A DNA stretch of 64,000 bases, from NCBI GenBank assembly GCA_037447605.1, contig CM074808.1, positions 1,736,001-1,800,000 of the forward strand, read 5' to 3'. This DNA is from Zygnema circumcarinatum SAG 698-1b (taxonomy: Eukaryota; Plantae; Zygnematophyceae). Below are positions 1 to 12,900 of this stretch, in pieces. How positions within the stretch are numbered: the first letter of the stretch is position 1; each line of letters begins with the position of its first letter. The notes beneath the pieces were generated by a model. The model made no database searches and had not been told where the DNA came from. It was given only the letters and a program-made list of their open reading frames with translations. Position numbers and translations under genes: made by a program.

Positions 1-3000
1 GCCTTCGCCACACATCTCGCCGACATCAACTCGCTGACCTACATCGCGAAGTGGTCCACGTATGCATTCCTAAGCCACACCAAATACCTTATGTCAAGCT
101 CACGCCAGAACTTTATGCCTCACAAGCTACTGTCATGCATTAATCGAGTCGCCAAGGTCTCAGATGCTAATCATGTCACACACTAATCAAAGTTGCGTGA
201 TTCAGACTCCACTTACTTGTGTCACCGCCACACTAATCAGCTACCAGACTCCTCACAAGACTACAAGACTCACCAAAGTCAGAGCAATCGGCTATCACTA
301 AATCTAAGAGCACTACGCTTCTTAGCAGATTCATGTTCTACAAACTGAGTACTACAACAAGTTAGTGTGTGCCATACAATGTCTAACTATCATACACTAA
401 CACTAAATAACTCTTGGGACTCGCCTCATGGGCCCCAGCCCAATCAACCTGCCGCTCACTAGTAGTGTCTCCCCCTCACACCTTTAGTCAACATGTTCGC
501 GAGCCTGCTCTTTTGTTCCTACAAACTTCACCACTATCATCCCTTCCTCTACCAACTCTCGCACATAATGATATTGCACCCTAATGTGTTTGGTTCTTTT
601 ATGGAACACAGGGTTTTCCATAAGAGCTATAGATGACTGGTTGTCCGTGAAAAGAGTCAATGGTAAGCCAGGGTCGTGCTTTACATTCTACCTCAAAGAA
701 ATGTTGGAACCACATCCCTCCTTCACAAGGCGGGCACGCCCCATGTATTCTCCTTCGGTGGCTCTACGCTTACCGTAATCTTGTAACTGAAAGCCCATGA
801 GATCGCCCGCTCAGAACACAAATCCTGACGCCGCATCGCGTGACGCGTCCACGCCACCTCCTCAATCTCGGAAGTCGGTGTATCCCATCGACTCAGTCGC
901 CCCTCTCAAACCCGAGGTCAGAATCCGTCCCTTTCATCAATCTCAAGATCCGCCACCGCCTCCCAGCCGTCAAGACCGATTCTCCATGAACCGACTTGCT
1001 GAGCTCACGGCTTTCGCCAAGTCAGGACGAGTACCTATCATCAGATACATTAAACTCCCGGATGTCGATTCAGACGCACTGCACATTCTCTCGTATCTCC
1101 GCGATCTCTGCCGCAGTATCATATTTCCGACAATCGCTGCTCCGACATCTCCATCAACTCGAGCAAGGACGCACTCTCCATTTTTGAACCTGGCAGTACA
1201 TCTGCGGCGCATTTCTTCCTCGAATATTAAAGAAAGAAGCTGCCGCCCTCGCCTCTTCAACTGCATTCCTAGGAGATACTGTGCCTCCCCTAGATCCGAC
1301 ATTTTGAAGTTAGCTTCCAAAAGCTGCTTCAAATCATTGATTCTCTCCAATGAGAGGCTCACCATTATGAGGTCGTCCACGTAGATCCCAACGTACATGA
1401 GATCTGCCTCTTCCCCTTGTCGGTAGACGGAATGATCCGTCTCAAATCGCGCAAATCCGTTACTCCTCAGGAGGTCATCAATTTTCGTACCAAATCCTGG
1501 GCACCTGTTTCAGTCCATACAATTTTTTTACAAGACGACAAACGATGTTTCTTCGCCTCGACAATCCTTTCCTTCTGCCGTACTTACGATCTCTCGAGAT
1601 CTCCGCATAAAACGCTGTCTTGATATCGAAGTTGATGTAATGGGTATCCCTCGCCGCCGCAATCGCATATTAGGGGCACCTGAGGAGTTGAACTACTCAC
1701 GGGGCGAAGGTCTCCGTAGCTCCATTCCACGCTTCTGGTTGAAGCCCTTCACACTGTGACGCTGCTTTGTAACGGTCGTGACGCTTTCCCGCCCGCCGCC
1801 GCCTTGAACACCCACTTGCATCCAATGGCCCGCTTTCCCCTCGCCGCAGCTCCTCAAGTCGCCACGCGGCCGCTTCTCCAGCAACTGTCCCACTCGCTGC
1901 CGATCGCCGCCGCTTTTCTTACTTTCTCCATCACCCCGCTGCAGGCCTCCTCAAAGGCTTGCGTTCCTGATCATAAACAGGCAGCCTCCCTTCACAGGTC
2001 CGCCGAAGTCTGTAGGCACTCTTTCCTGTACTAGGTTAGTCTGCAAAGGCCTGTAGTGATCAGGCCTCCTCACCACACGGGTGCTCCTCCGAGGTCCTTG
2101 CGCTCTCCGGCTCCTCGTGTTGAAGAAAATCCCCGGGACAAACCCGGGAGGCATGCTCGACAACATAGCCTCTTTCTCAGCCGTCTCCAAATCCTCAGAC
2201 TCCTGCCCATGCAAAGGTACAGCTGCCGAAGTTCTCCCTCTGGCTCTGACAGTGAGTGTGTAGTGGTGCCGCTCTCCGCTGGACGGGTTATGCTCCTCGC
2301 CATGCCTCGGTTCAACTCCCACGCCGCCCACGCTCGGGCGCAGCTCCTGCCTGCCTCGCTTCTTCAAGCGTACATCTCCTTCAAGCTGACCAGAGGGCGC
2401 CCATGCCTTCGCTGGTCTCCACATCCTCGCATAATTTCCAAACTCGCCTTTTGGGGTGCGGGTCTCAATTTAGCCGAAGCTCACTCAGCTTCTCCTCATC
2501 CACATCAACGCTCGGTGCCTCTGCACTGCTTGTTTCTCGAGGGTTCCACACCGTAGGTGCGATCGTCTATGTTGTAGCCGAAGGTACCTTCCACGCTCTG
2601 GGGTCGAACTTTCTCTTCTGCCTCGCTTTCGGCACTGTCGACCAGCAGCGCGCTCCAAAGGTCTTCAAGTGGGACACCGTGGGTTTCCTCCCACTCCACA
2701 CCTCTTCAGGAACCTGATCCTTAAGCACAGAAGATGGGCATCTATTTCTAAGGTAAGTTGCGGTCATCACCGCCTCTCCCCAAAAAGATGCCGGGAAGGG
2801 GGAATCTATCAGCATGGTTCGTGCCATGTCCCCCAGCGTCCTATTGACCCTCTCAGCAGCTCCATTACTTTGAGGAGAGTAAGGAGCAGAAAATTCATGC
2901 CTTATTCCGCGAGCCTTCAAGTACCCGCCGAACTCCTTCGACTTGAATTCCCTCCTGCTGTCTGGAGCCGTTGCCTTTCAGTTTCTCGACCGCCTTCGCC

Positions 3001-5762
3001 CATCTCGAAATCACAATCTCCTCGAAAAGTCTGAAAAGCCTAGACTTGTACTTGAGAATTTTCACCCAAATTTTCTCGAAAAAATCATCAAGGAAGGTGA
3101 TGAAGTAGCTGCAGCTCTCCTGTTGCCGTGTCACGGGCCACAAATCGTATGTACCACCCAGTTTCTCCCTACAAGGGAAATGACCTCTCCACCTCGAAAA
3201 GGGCCCCTCGGCGCGCCTCTTCCCCTACACACACTCTTTGCAAAAAGCCTAGCTCCTTCTCAACTATGTCAATGTCTAACCCGCGGACCAGCCCCCTTGC
3301 AGCAAGCTGTTGCAGTCCCCTATGGTTTAGATGACCAAGTCTACGATGCCAGAGATTTACTGCACCCTCAGTTACGGCCATCACACCCTCATCTTCTTCT
3401 CTCCTATAATGAAGGTAATATAGGCCTCCCTTCTCGTACCCCTCAAACAGCCGCTTCCCCGACTCCAAGTGAGTAGCTACGCAAGACTTCTCCTTAAAGG
3501 TGACTTCGCACTCCCTCTACATACTTGGATCGACCGACATGAAGTCTTGTTTCAGATCGTGGTGTGAAGTACGCCACCATGCACAACCGCTTCTTTCTTT
3601 CTTCGTGAGATGATGCAGAGCCGTCATGAGGGATCATCTTACCACTCCTCCTTGTAACCCACCTCTCCGGGTTGCCGAAAGTGAAATTAAAACCGTCCTT
3701 CCAAGGTGTCAGCCGTGAGAACATTCGCTTGTCGCCACACATGTGCGGAGCTTTTGTGTCGACAAATTATGGCCGCCCCGATCCGCTAGAACCTGGATCT
3801 TCTTCCCAACAAAATCGCATCGTTCGGGCCAAGATGAGATTCGCCTCCACCGCCACTCTNCAATCCGTGCTCTTGTGGCCTCGCTTCTTGCATTTGAAGC
3901 AGATTCCCTTGAATCCCTTCTTGACGGATGACGATGCTCCCCCACCCCGATCTTGGGTGTTCTTGTTCTTGTAACAGCTTTGGCCGGTAGCGGGCTCCGC
4001 TCTACGCGACGTAACACGCCCTCGTGAGGGCGCTCTCACTTGCCCGCCCTCGGCGCACTCCTCTTCTACCCTTGTCGAGTGCAAAGGCCAACACCTTCTC
4101 CTCGTGCCCCTAACGCCTTGGACAGTTGTTCTCCTCCTGATCCTCCTCGCTTCACTTTGCTCAAGGGTCATCAATGCAAAGTTTGTTAGAACAGTCCTAA
4201 GAGCTGCACCGCTACATCGACCGCCAGGCAGTCCCCTAGAAACCGCTGATTTTATGGTCTCCCCTAACGTTTTGCAAATACTTAAGAATCTCTCCTCCAT
4301 TAGAGTATCAACCACCATATATTTCCTTCCTTCTTCCGAGGACATCTTCATTTTCCTAAGCTGCGTAAAGGCTGACATCGCTACGCTATCCTTTACGCCA
4401 TATCTCCTCTAAGCATCTCCACATAGCATGTGAAGTCTTAAGGTCATACAGCATGGAAGAGGGACTTCCCCTCACGCTCATGACGATCTGGGTGAGGGCC
4501 TTGTTGTCCTTGGTCCTCCATCTGGCGAAGCCGCCGTGGTTTTAACTCCCACTGCTGCCCGGGCCAGGTTCTCCCGCTGCACCGTGCTCTGATGGTGCCG
4601 CTAACGCACTTCAACGGTAATTCCCGCCCATAAGCAAAGGAACCGCCGCCATCTCCACCCCTGTAGTCCCAACCATCGAACGCTGATGCTGAACTTCACG
4701 CGGGTCCTCCTCGCCACCTTGGGCACAGATACCACTTGATGAAGCAGGGGTCTGCTCCCCACTTCCGGCGCCACCTCGGGTGTCGCCCTCCATTGGAACT
4801 TGAGTTCCCACGGATGAGGACATTCAAAACACTCAAANCTCTATCTTACTTCACCTACCTACCATAACAAATGAATGAAGTTACAAGACAAAGTACGGAA
4901 ATCACAATGAGAGAGAAAGTTAGGAGAAAGCTCTCACGCTCTAAAACTCCTTATAATAAAACTGTTCTCCCACAATGAAGTTCTCCCCACCACTTCAAGG
5001 TCCCTCTTACCACTACCACGCATTTCACAAGTGTGCAGCTCAAAGCAAAGACGAAAGCGTGTTCTGAGTAAAGACCCGGCATCGCGCATGCAGTAGTGTA
5101 GGTGATTACTTCCCATAGTAAACCACGCGACTAATATGAGGGCCCGCGACGCGTGACACAATATGTCACGCCGTCCGCCATTGCAAAACCCATGTACCGA
5201 AGTCCGAAAGGGCGCACGTAACAGCGACTAGCTAGCCGCCAGAAACCTACGGGCTGGCGCCGCACTCCAGTTCTGTCGGATCGCATATCCGGCCCGCATA
5301 GCTTTCGCTTTTTCGCGCTACGCTTCCTTCAAGAAGCCTTCGCCGGCTATCTCGCCGCCGCGACATTCAACCGCTGACCTACATCAGCGAGTGGTCCACG
5401 TATGCATTCTGCCACAATATCTTCCATGTCGCTTCCGCTGGGCCAAGAACTTTATGCCCATAAGCGGCGCTTCCGCTGTCAGCGAGCTCAATTCCGAAGT
5501 CGCCGTCCGCATTTCGCGCGAATCATGCCGCCGACCAATCAAAGCTAAGATTCGTATTCCACTTACTTGTGTCACCGCCGCGACCAATCAGCGCCGCTCG
5601 TTCGTACTCCGCGCACTCGCGGCGCACTCACCAAAGTCAGAGCACCGACATCACTAAATCTAAGAGCACTACGCCTAGCAGATCTCATGTTCTACAAACT
5701 GAGTACCACAACAAGTTAGTGTGTGCCATACAATGTCTAACTATCATACACTAACACTAACA
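1..5762 (-). mobile_element. Ty1/Copia LTR retrotransposon, frameshifted; 3' LTR cut by window start
   Basis: Minus-strand order gag (zinc knuckle CFKCKKRGHKSTD, 3767-4378), protease region (MCGDKRMF, 3494-3742), GAG-pre-integrase (LWHRRLGHLN, 3169-3468), integrase (HEFSAPYSPQSNGAAERVNRTL, 2567-2920), RT (YVGIYVDDL, 970-1398), RNase H (about 430-800). Integrase before RT means Copia. Direct repeats 1-410 and about 5337-5762 are LTR copies. Confidence 0.93.
4865..5762 (-). repeat. 5' LTR of the Copia element (low-coordinate boundary approximate)
   Basis: 5337-5762 aligns by eye with 1-410. Begins TGTTAG on the minus strand at 5762. Confidence 0.65.
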
Positions 5763-6900
5763 TCATGCCCCCGAGGTGTCACAGGAAGATCTGTGATCAA
5801 GTCCATACCCACACTGTCCCATTTCCGAAAAGGAGGTGTGAGGGGTTGCAGCTGGCTAGGGATCCTGCCAGTGCGGGGTTTGTTTCGTTGACAAGTTGGA
5901 CAAGCGAGTACATACGCTTTCACATCCCTCGAGAGTCCAGGCCACCGTAACTCCTGAGCAAGGCTTCACCTGCTCTTGCAACCCCATGTGACCTCGGCAC
6001 GGAGGATCATGTACTACCTGCACGAGTCAGCTGCATGGGGCCCCTCGCCTGGGCACGCACCGTAATCACGTCAGTAGTGGTACCGTATCTGTCCTAGGAC
6101 ACCACTTCACCATTACCTTGGCCATCCAGGAACAAAGGATCACCAGTATACCCCTCCTGGATCATCTGTCTGAGATCAGAGAGAGCAGGAGGGTTGACTG
6201 CGTCACTGGTGGAGGGATCTATGACAAAGCATACTGGAGACGGAGACTCGGGGTTGGCCGGCCCCTCACCTCTGTCATCTCGTTCCACCAACACTCGAGT
6301 CGACGAGCGCACCATCCAGGCAAGATGCCGAGGCTGCCTACTCAAGTGGTTCAAGTATATCCGCCGATAAAGCGCGACCCACCGGCAAATAAACCTTTGA
6401 GGAACTCACCTCGGGCCAAGTGGCTCACGCCAAGCAGACAAGGTCTCGCTGGGCTGAGGAACGCCGGGCCAGCGGTGGTCGCTGACTGGCCAGGACTGCC
6501 ACTTTTGGGGCCAGCACCGCCATGTCCTCGTATGCGGACCACCGCAAGCGCTTCCTCGCTCGCTAAGTGTATCAGCTTTGCGCCGGCCGGATTCATTTTG
6601 GCGACTTTCATATGCCAAAGGTTGGCCATCCTGAAACAAGACGGCACCCAAGGCGAATCCCGAAGCATCACAAACCACTTCATAAGGCTTCGACTCGTCC
6701 GCTTAAACGCGAGAGTGGGTGCGTGAATAGTGCATGGCGACACCTTCAATGCATCCCGCATTCGCGGGTCCAGGCGTAAAGGGACACCGAACGTCAAATT
6801 AGTCAAGGGGGTAACCAGTTTACTAAACCCTGGATGAACTTTACTCTAAAATAATTCGCAAAGTCCGTAAAAGACCTCAACCGGGTGCGTGTCAGTTTTC
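5763..6900 (-). mobile_element. Ty3/Gypsy fragment A (RT C-terminus, RNase H, integrase N-terminus), interrupted by the Copia
   Basis: CDASGFALGAVLFQDGQPLAYESR (6406-6678). FSKLVTPLTNLT near 6800-6830. Integrase zinc finger LACPTCQRNKPRTG..WDSVGMDLITDLPVTPRG runs up to the Copia LTR at 5763. Same family as the plus-strand Gypsy at 7-14.6 kb. Confidence 0.85.
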
Positions 6901-6964
6901 TGCTGGCTTCAAGTTTTCACGGAATCTTTAAGCGTGATCGTCGGCGACTCGAATATTGAGGATA

Positions 6965-9900
6965 TGTTTAGCGCACGCTACGGGGCCAGGACCTCGAGGG
7001 CGTACTCATAAGGATACTATGACTACCCCTTTCATCTCGCCAATGATAGGTTAGACGCCAAGACCGCTAGGTTTTGGCCTCATCCCGCGCGGCAAGGACT
7101 TTTGATCGATCGGGTCGTCCGCATGCGTGTACTGACTACTCCATTACACGATCCCGCCGCCGCAGATCTAGCCGCCGCTGCCGCCGTTACGCCGGCGTAG
7201 CCGCCGCACGGCCGGGCGCTGACTCCACGAGATGCGTGGCATCTTTTGACAAGTAAATCCGCATCGCACGACGGGCTGACAAAGTTCACTCGCCGACGCA
7301 TGCGGCGCCGCCGTTATTTGAGCCGGGCCAAGGCGACGCTCGCGGAGATGCGCGAGACCATTTGCTTGTCCCCAAATGATAACTCGGGCATGATTCACGC
7401 CGCGGGCTCGATAAGGGCCCCGGCCCCGTCCTCCATGCCGGGTAGGTTCAATCTGGGGAGCTTTGTTGATCATGCGATGGGAGACCATCCGAAATTGTAT
7501 CAGCATTGGAAGCTCACGCCTCTCTCTCTCTCTTCTCCTCTTGACACTCGCATTTCAGAGCAGTACCGCCAGGCGTGTTGTTACATTGGTGACGAGCCGC
7601 AGTTTAGAGACTCGAATTTCTTTCGAGGGGGACCAGCACGCCGCAGCGCCAGCTCACGCCGAAAAGCGCGCCGGGCAGATGGCGCCGCGCTACTCACCTC
7701 CCCTTCTCCGGATTCGGAGGAGGACGCGGACATATACAACCGTGGGCGACTTCATGACCCCATGGACACGGGCCCCGGCTGGGGCTTCACCTCCGCTGCC
7801 CCCTTCTTCTTCACGGAAGCTGAATCCTACGGTATCACCTCGGCCGCCGAGGAGCAAATACGGGGCCGTACCGCCGTTGAGCTGCGTACGCTTCCACCGG
7901 CTCGACAGAGGTTTCCAAGGGGCCGCCTTCGGGCGGCAGAGAGCACCCTAACACCCCGTGAGTATTGGGTGCCTATCCCCTGGATGGGGATGAAGTCCCG
8001 GCCGAGCGGAGGGGCCGGGCCACGGATAAGCTTTTCCGGCCGGAGGGAGGCGCCGGGCTCCTGGAGCGACAGCCAGCCAGGACGCTGCTCCAAATAGGAA
8101 CGCCACGCTTCCTCGGCAGATCTTTGAGCGTGGTCGGGCAGAATCCGGTGAGGACCCTCCGCCCATCGGTAAGTCTGACAATCCCTCCTCCCAGCATTTG
8201 TCGATATAAAGAGAGAGAGGCGGCACCTCCTGTGGGGAAATGGGGAGGAGTCATAGCCGCTCAGAGGTGCACAAGACCCTCTCGCTTGTCCGCTGCCTCC
8301 TGCAGCTGGCGTGGTCCACGGGCGCTCCTAAAATTAATTTAGGGGCCAGGCTCCCGCCTCGGGCCGCTTCCCCTCAGCCAAGGAGCACCTGCGGCCGCCT
8401 CGCTGAGGGAGGGAGGGTGATCGCCAGCAAAGAACCCACCTTCGGCCGGTGTCGTTGGCGGACGGGCGCGACCCCATCAACTACTCGCTTTGTGAAGACC
8501 CTCCCCCGAGAAATCGGGCGAAGGTTCCTCCGATCTCCTTATGGGGAGATCGGCCGAATTCCGACTGCCCAATTGATCATTGGATGGGGGAAGTGCGTGG
8601 GTACCTGTGTGCTACTCAATGCCCTCCCGATCAATGGGTGAACTTTGCTTCACCCGCTTTGAGGGCGTGGCATGGAGTGTCTAGTGCCGCCGCAAGGTTT
8701 AATCGAAAAGACTTTATAGTTCAGCCTGAATCTCAAACACTTTGGTATCCTCGATCCCGCTGCCAAGCAGACGCAGATGTGTTCCAGCCGCTTCATGCAT
8801 CGGAAGCGCAAGGAATTCCTACGAATTGCGGCGGCTTGGGCTTCACTGTTCCCACTGACCGAAGAATTTTCTTCCTGCTCAGCCCATGGATTGAAGCCGC
8901 ACGCTCGAAACAGCCGGGTCAATCCTCGCATCTTTGGAACCCTCGGGACCTATGGATGACGGAAAGCAGATGTTTGCAAAATGCGTTCAAACTCCACGTA
9001 CCGGGTCTACAGATGGTGCAGGCCTTCCCGGCCCCGCTGGAGCATTAACATCTACCGCATCACTACAAGAAACTGGTGCGCGCCACAAAGCACAATCTAA
9101 GGGAATGGCAAGAGAAATTTCCTTCCTCCTCACCAGCTATTAATTCAACGCCACAAATGAAAAACTTGCTCCACAGGAGATGGAGGCTTTGCGCGCGGAA
9201 AACAAGTGTTTCCGTTGCAGGAAAGTGGGGCATAGGTCTTATGACTGCCCATCTTTCAAGAAGGATAGGAAGGGGAAAGGGCCGGCGGAAAACGGCTCCC
9301 CACCGGCAGCTTAGGGGTCTCTGCTGGTGGGCTTGACAGTAGGGGGGGCAGCGCATTAGCTGCCATCACTAGTGTAGAATGTTGTATTCCAAGGGCGGAT
9401 GACATTCTTAAAGTGATTGGGGGAGTTTTCAGCGGGAATCTGTTGTTTGTGTGCGATGCATTCCCTGCTGATTATTCATTGCCACCTGCTATGCTTGTGA
9501 CTCCAACAGCATTTCCGAATGCTGTCTTGATGAATGAATGGCATGTCATTATCTTGAATGCCATGGGCAGTGATGCCTTAGTGCAATGTGCATTCGATGC
9601 CTTGCGCTTGCTGCGGTCGAAAGACCATGTACTCAGTCTGCGAGTACTGCTCCCACAACACGTGGCAGTGAAGGCTTATCCACAGACTGAGTGGAAAGTG
9701 GTAAAGCTTTGGAAGAAGGGCTTCTCCCTTCTTAGGTGGGTGATTGGAGCTCCCACCAGTGTGCTGGTGAAGTCTCCTCATCCCCTTGTGTGGCGGTTAG
9801 CGCGCCCCCACGCACCGAATGTGCTACGGTCCATTTTCCACTTGTCTCATCGTGCTATGACCTTCGAGGGTTCGCCTTCATGGACACTCAAAGAAGTTGG

Positions 9901-12900
9901 TTTTGCTGGACATCGGGCGCGACGCCAACTTTGTTAGCGCTGTTCTTTTGTCGTGACCGGGCAGGGTTTGCGTACCCGCACCTCTTCATTCCTATAGTGT
10001 AATCTTTCGTGATGGACGCGATCGCCAGCTTCGGGTAGCGCCACAGAAATTGAAGATCTGGGCCTTTACTCCGGGTGGCTCAACCGCTATTGACGCTATT
10101 AGCCCCAGGAACAGACTTGATCTTGGGAAGCAAATGGCTGACGCTTATGGGCGCTCAGTTAGATTTTGTTGTCCCTAATTGCGTCCTCCGCAGTGAAGGA
10201 AGACGCATGACTCTGCAACCAGGCACTCCTTCGAGACCAGCCTCGTTGCGGTCATCTTTGTCGTTTCTGTGCTCCGCCATGCAATTGGGCAGAGCACTAA
10301 AAACGAGTAGCATCTTGTTTATGGTGCAAGTCATGACGGCAACCGAGGACGCTCATGACGAGGATCAAGAGTGGCAGCCCACTGCGGGTGAGGCAATGCC
10401 AACTGTTCCAGCTTTGTTTCAACCGTTGTTGAAAGCGTTTGAGGATGTTTTCCCAGACGATCTGCCAAGAGGTCTGCCTCCGGCACGCGGGGTGGGTCAT
10501 ACCATTCCCCTTGAGCCAGAACAGAAACCTCCTTGGAGGCCTATCTATCGGCTTAGCCCAAAGGAGACCGAGGAGATGCGAAAGCAACTCGCTAACCTGC
10601 GTGATAAGGGCTGGATTGAACCCAGCCAGAGCCCCTTTGGGGCCCCTATCCTTTTCGTTGGAAAGAAGGATGGGTCTTTGCGAATGTGNNNNNNNNNNCT
10701 GTTCCAGCTTTGTTTCAACCGTTGTTGAAAGCGTTTGAGGATGTTTTCCCAGACGATCTGCCAAGAGGTCTGCCTCCGGCACGCGGGGTGGGTCATACCA
10801 TTCCCCTTGAGCCAGAACAGAAACCTCCTTGGAGGCCTATCTATCGGCTTAGCCCAAAGGAGACCGAGGAGATGCGAAAGCAACTCGCTAACCTGCGTGA
10901 TAAGGGCTGGATTGAACCCAGCCAGAGCCCCTTTGGGGCCCCTATCCTTTTCGTTGGAAAGAAGGATGGGTCTTATGCACGTGCATCGACATCTGTTAAT
11001 CATTAAGATCACTGCAGAAAGAATCGTGTTTGCTTTTTACCGGGCCAAGATAGATGACTTTCCCCTCGACCGCCTCGCGAAGTACGGCGTGTTCACCGCC
11101 GCATCTTTGCGCTAGGTACCATCGCATTCGCGGTCACGATGCCGATGTTCCTAAGACGCATTTCCTGGACGCATTGGTCACTCAGCATAAGGTGCTACCT
11201 TTGACTGACCAGCCCGCTACATTCCAAGTCGATGAATCCAAATGCTCGTCGCAAGCATGGATAAGTTTGTCCTGTCTACCCGATGATATCCCCAGTATTC
11301 AAGAAGATCTTATCAACATCTTGTGCATGTGTAATGCTAGTGTTCGAAAAGTTGCTTAAACACACGCTTTTATGCCGTTTAAAAGAAGTGTAACTTCATG
11401 CAACGGGAGTTGTTGTATCTTGGGCATATCTTGAATGATCAGGGCTTGAAGCCTGATCCAGCCAAGGTGTCTGCTGTTAAGACATGGGCAGTACCGACTG
11501 ATCTTCATCAGTTGCGATCTTTTCTTGGATTTGCGAATTACTTTCGTAAATTTATTCAAGGCTTTAGTAAGTTGGTAACGCCGCTTACCAATTTGACACG
11601 CTCCTGTCGCTATGCATGGACAACACCGTGAGTGCCAAGCAGACGGATGGTGTTAGATTACGCGCTTTGTGACAAAGACTCTACGCTTGAGGTTAATATC
11701 CGCGGTTACCATACGAAGTGGTATTTTGACGCCTGGTTTCGCTTTGGGTGCTGTCTTGTTCCAAGATGACCAACCTCTCATACTTAAAAGTCGCAAGATG
11801 AACCCAAATGAAGCGAACTATCTCTACCACAGCAAGAAGAGCTCTTGGTCGTTGTTCACGCTCGGTGACACGGGCGTTGCTATTTCGAGGGAAACGGTGG
11901 CGCCACGCTGGTTATCGACCACCGCCCATCGACGCTCTCTCCACTCAAGAGACTCTTCGGCGGCCAGCAGGCACGCCGGGTTCGAAGTTCCTCCAACGGG
12001 TTCGATCAAGTAGTGGGTATACAGCCTCGGGAGTGCCGAATGTAGCTGACCTAATCGGCGTGCAACCCATTCATCTAGCTCGATTTATGCGCCGCTTCAC
12101 TCGAAAGTGTTGGTGGTAATGAGATGGTGGAGACGTAAGGGCCGCCAACCCAAATAAGCATCTCCAAAGATGTTTTGTCATAAACCCTCCACCAAAGGAT
12201 TTGGCCAACTCCTCCCCGCCTTCTCCGACATTTCGCATGTATTCAAGAGGGGTACACCGTGATCCTTTTGTTCCCCGACGGCCAAGGTAATGGCTAGTAA
12301 AGAACAAGCTCGGGTGGCTTTGGACGGCTTTTGGTACCATCGATAAAGTTAGCTAGTCGCATCATACCGGATCTGCACGGCAGCCTCATACCGGTTGTAG
12401 ATGCACGATCCTCCCGCATGCAGGCCATGCGGGGAGCGCCAAACCCGTGAAGCACCGCCCAGAATTCCGTGGCCCGAATTACAGCTGACGCTGAGGCGCA
12501 TTTACTCGCATGCCCAACTTGTCAACGGGATAAGCCCCGCACAGGAAAAGTGACGGGCTTGCTTCAGCCGCTCACCCCTCCTTACAGGAAGTGGGAGAGT
12601 GTAGGGATGGACTTGATCACAGATTTACCTGTGACAGCTCGGGGTTTTGACTCCATCCTTCGCAGGTGTTTGTCGACTCGGGCTCGAGCAAATGGTGGTG
12701 CATTTCGGCAGCCTGATCGCTAAGACGGTATGGTGCCGGCCTAAATAAAGACGGGCTATACGCCACGCGTCCGAGAGCCAAAGATGACTTCAACTGCAGA
12801 TAAATCTCAGATGCGATACCCCATTCACCGCCATTTTCGAGAAATCCTCCTGACATTCCGACTAAGCAAAGTTATGAGTACGTACCTTCCACCCTCGCAT

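Noticed and set aside
9280-9345. Programmed frameshift or stop readthrough at the Gypsy B gag-pol junction (GCT TAG GGG)
   Set aside because: No canonical slippery heptamer, and local sequence quality is too uncertain.
10403-10974. Apparent tandem duplication of about 276 bp of Gypsy RT
   Set aside because: The two copies look identical and flank the 10-N gap at 10689-10698, typical of a contig-overlap assembly artefact.
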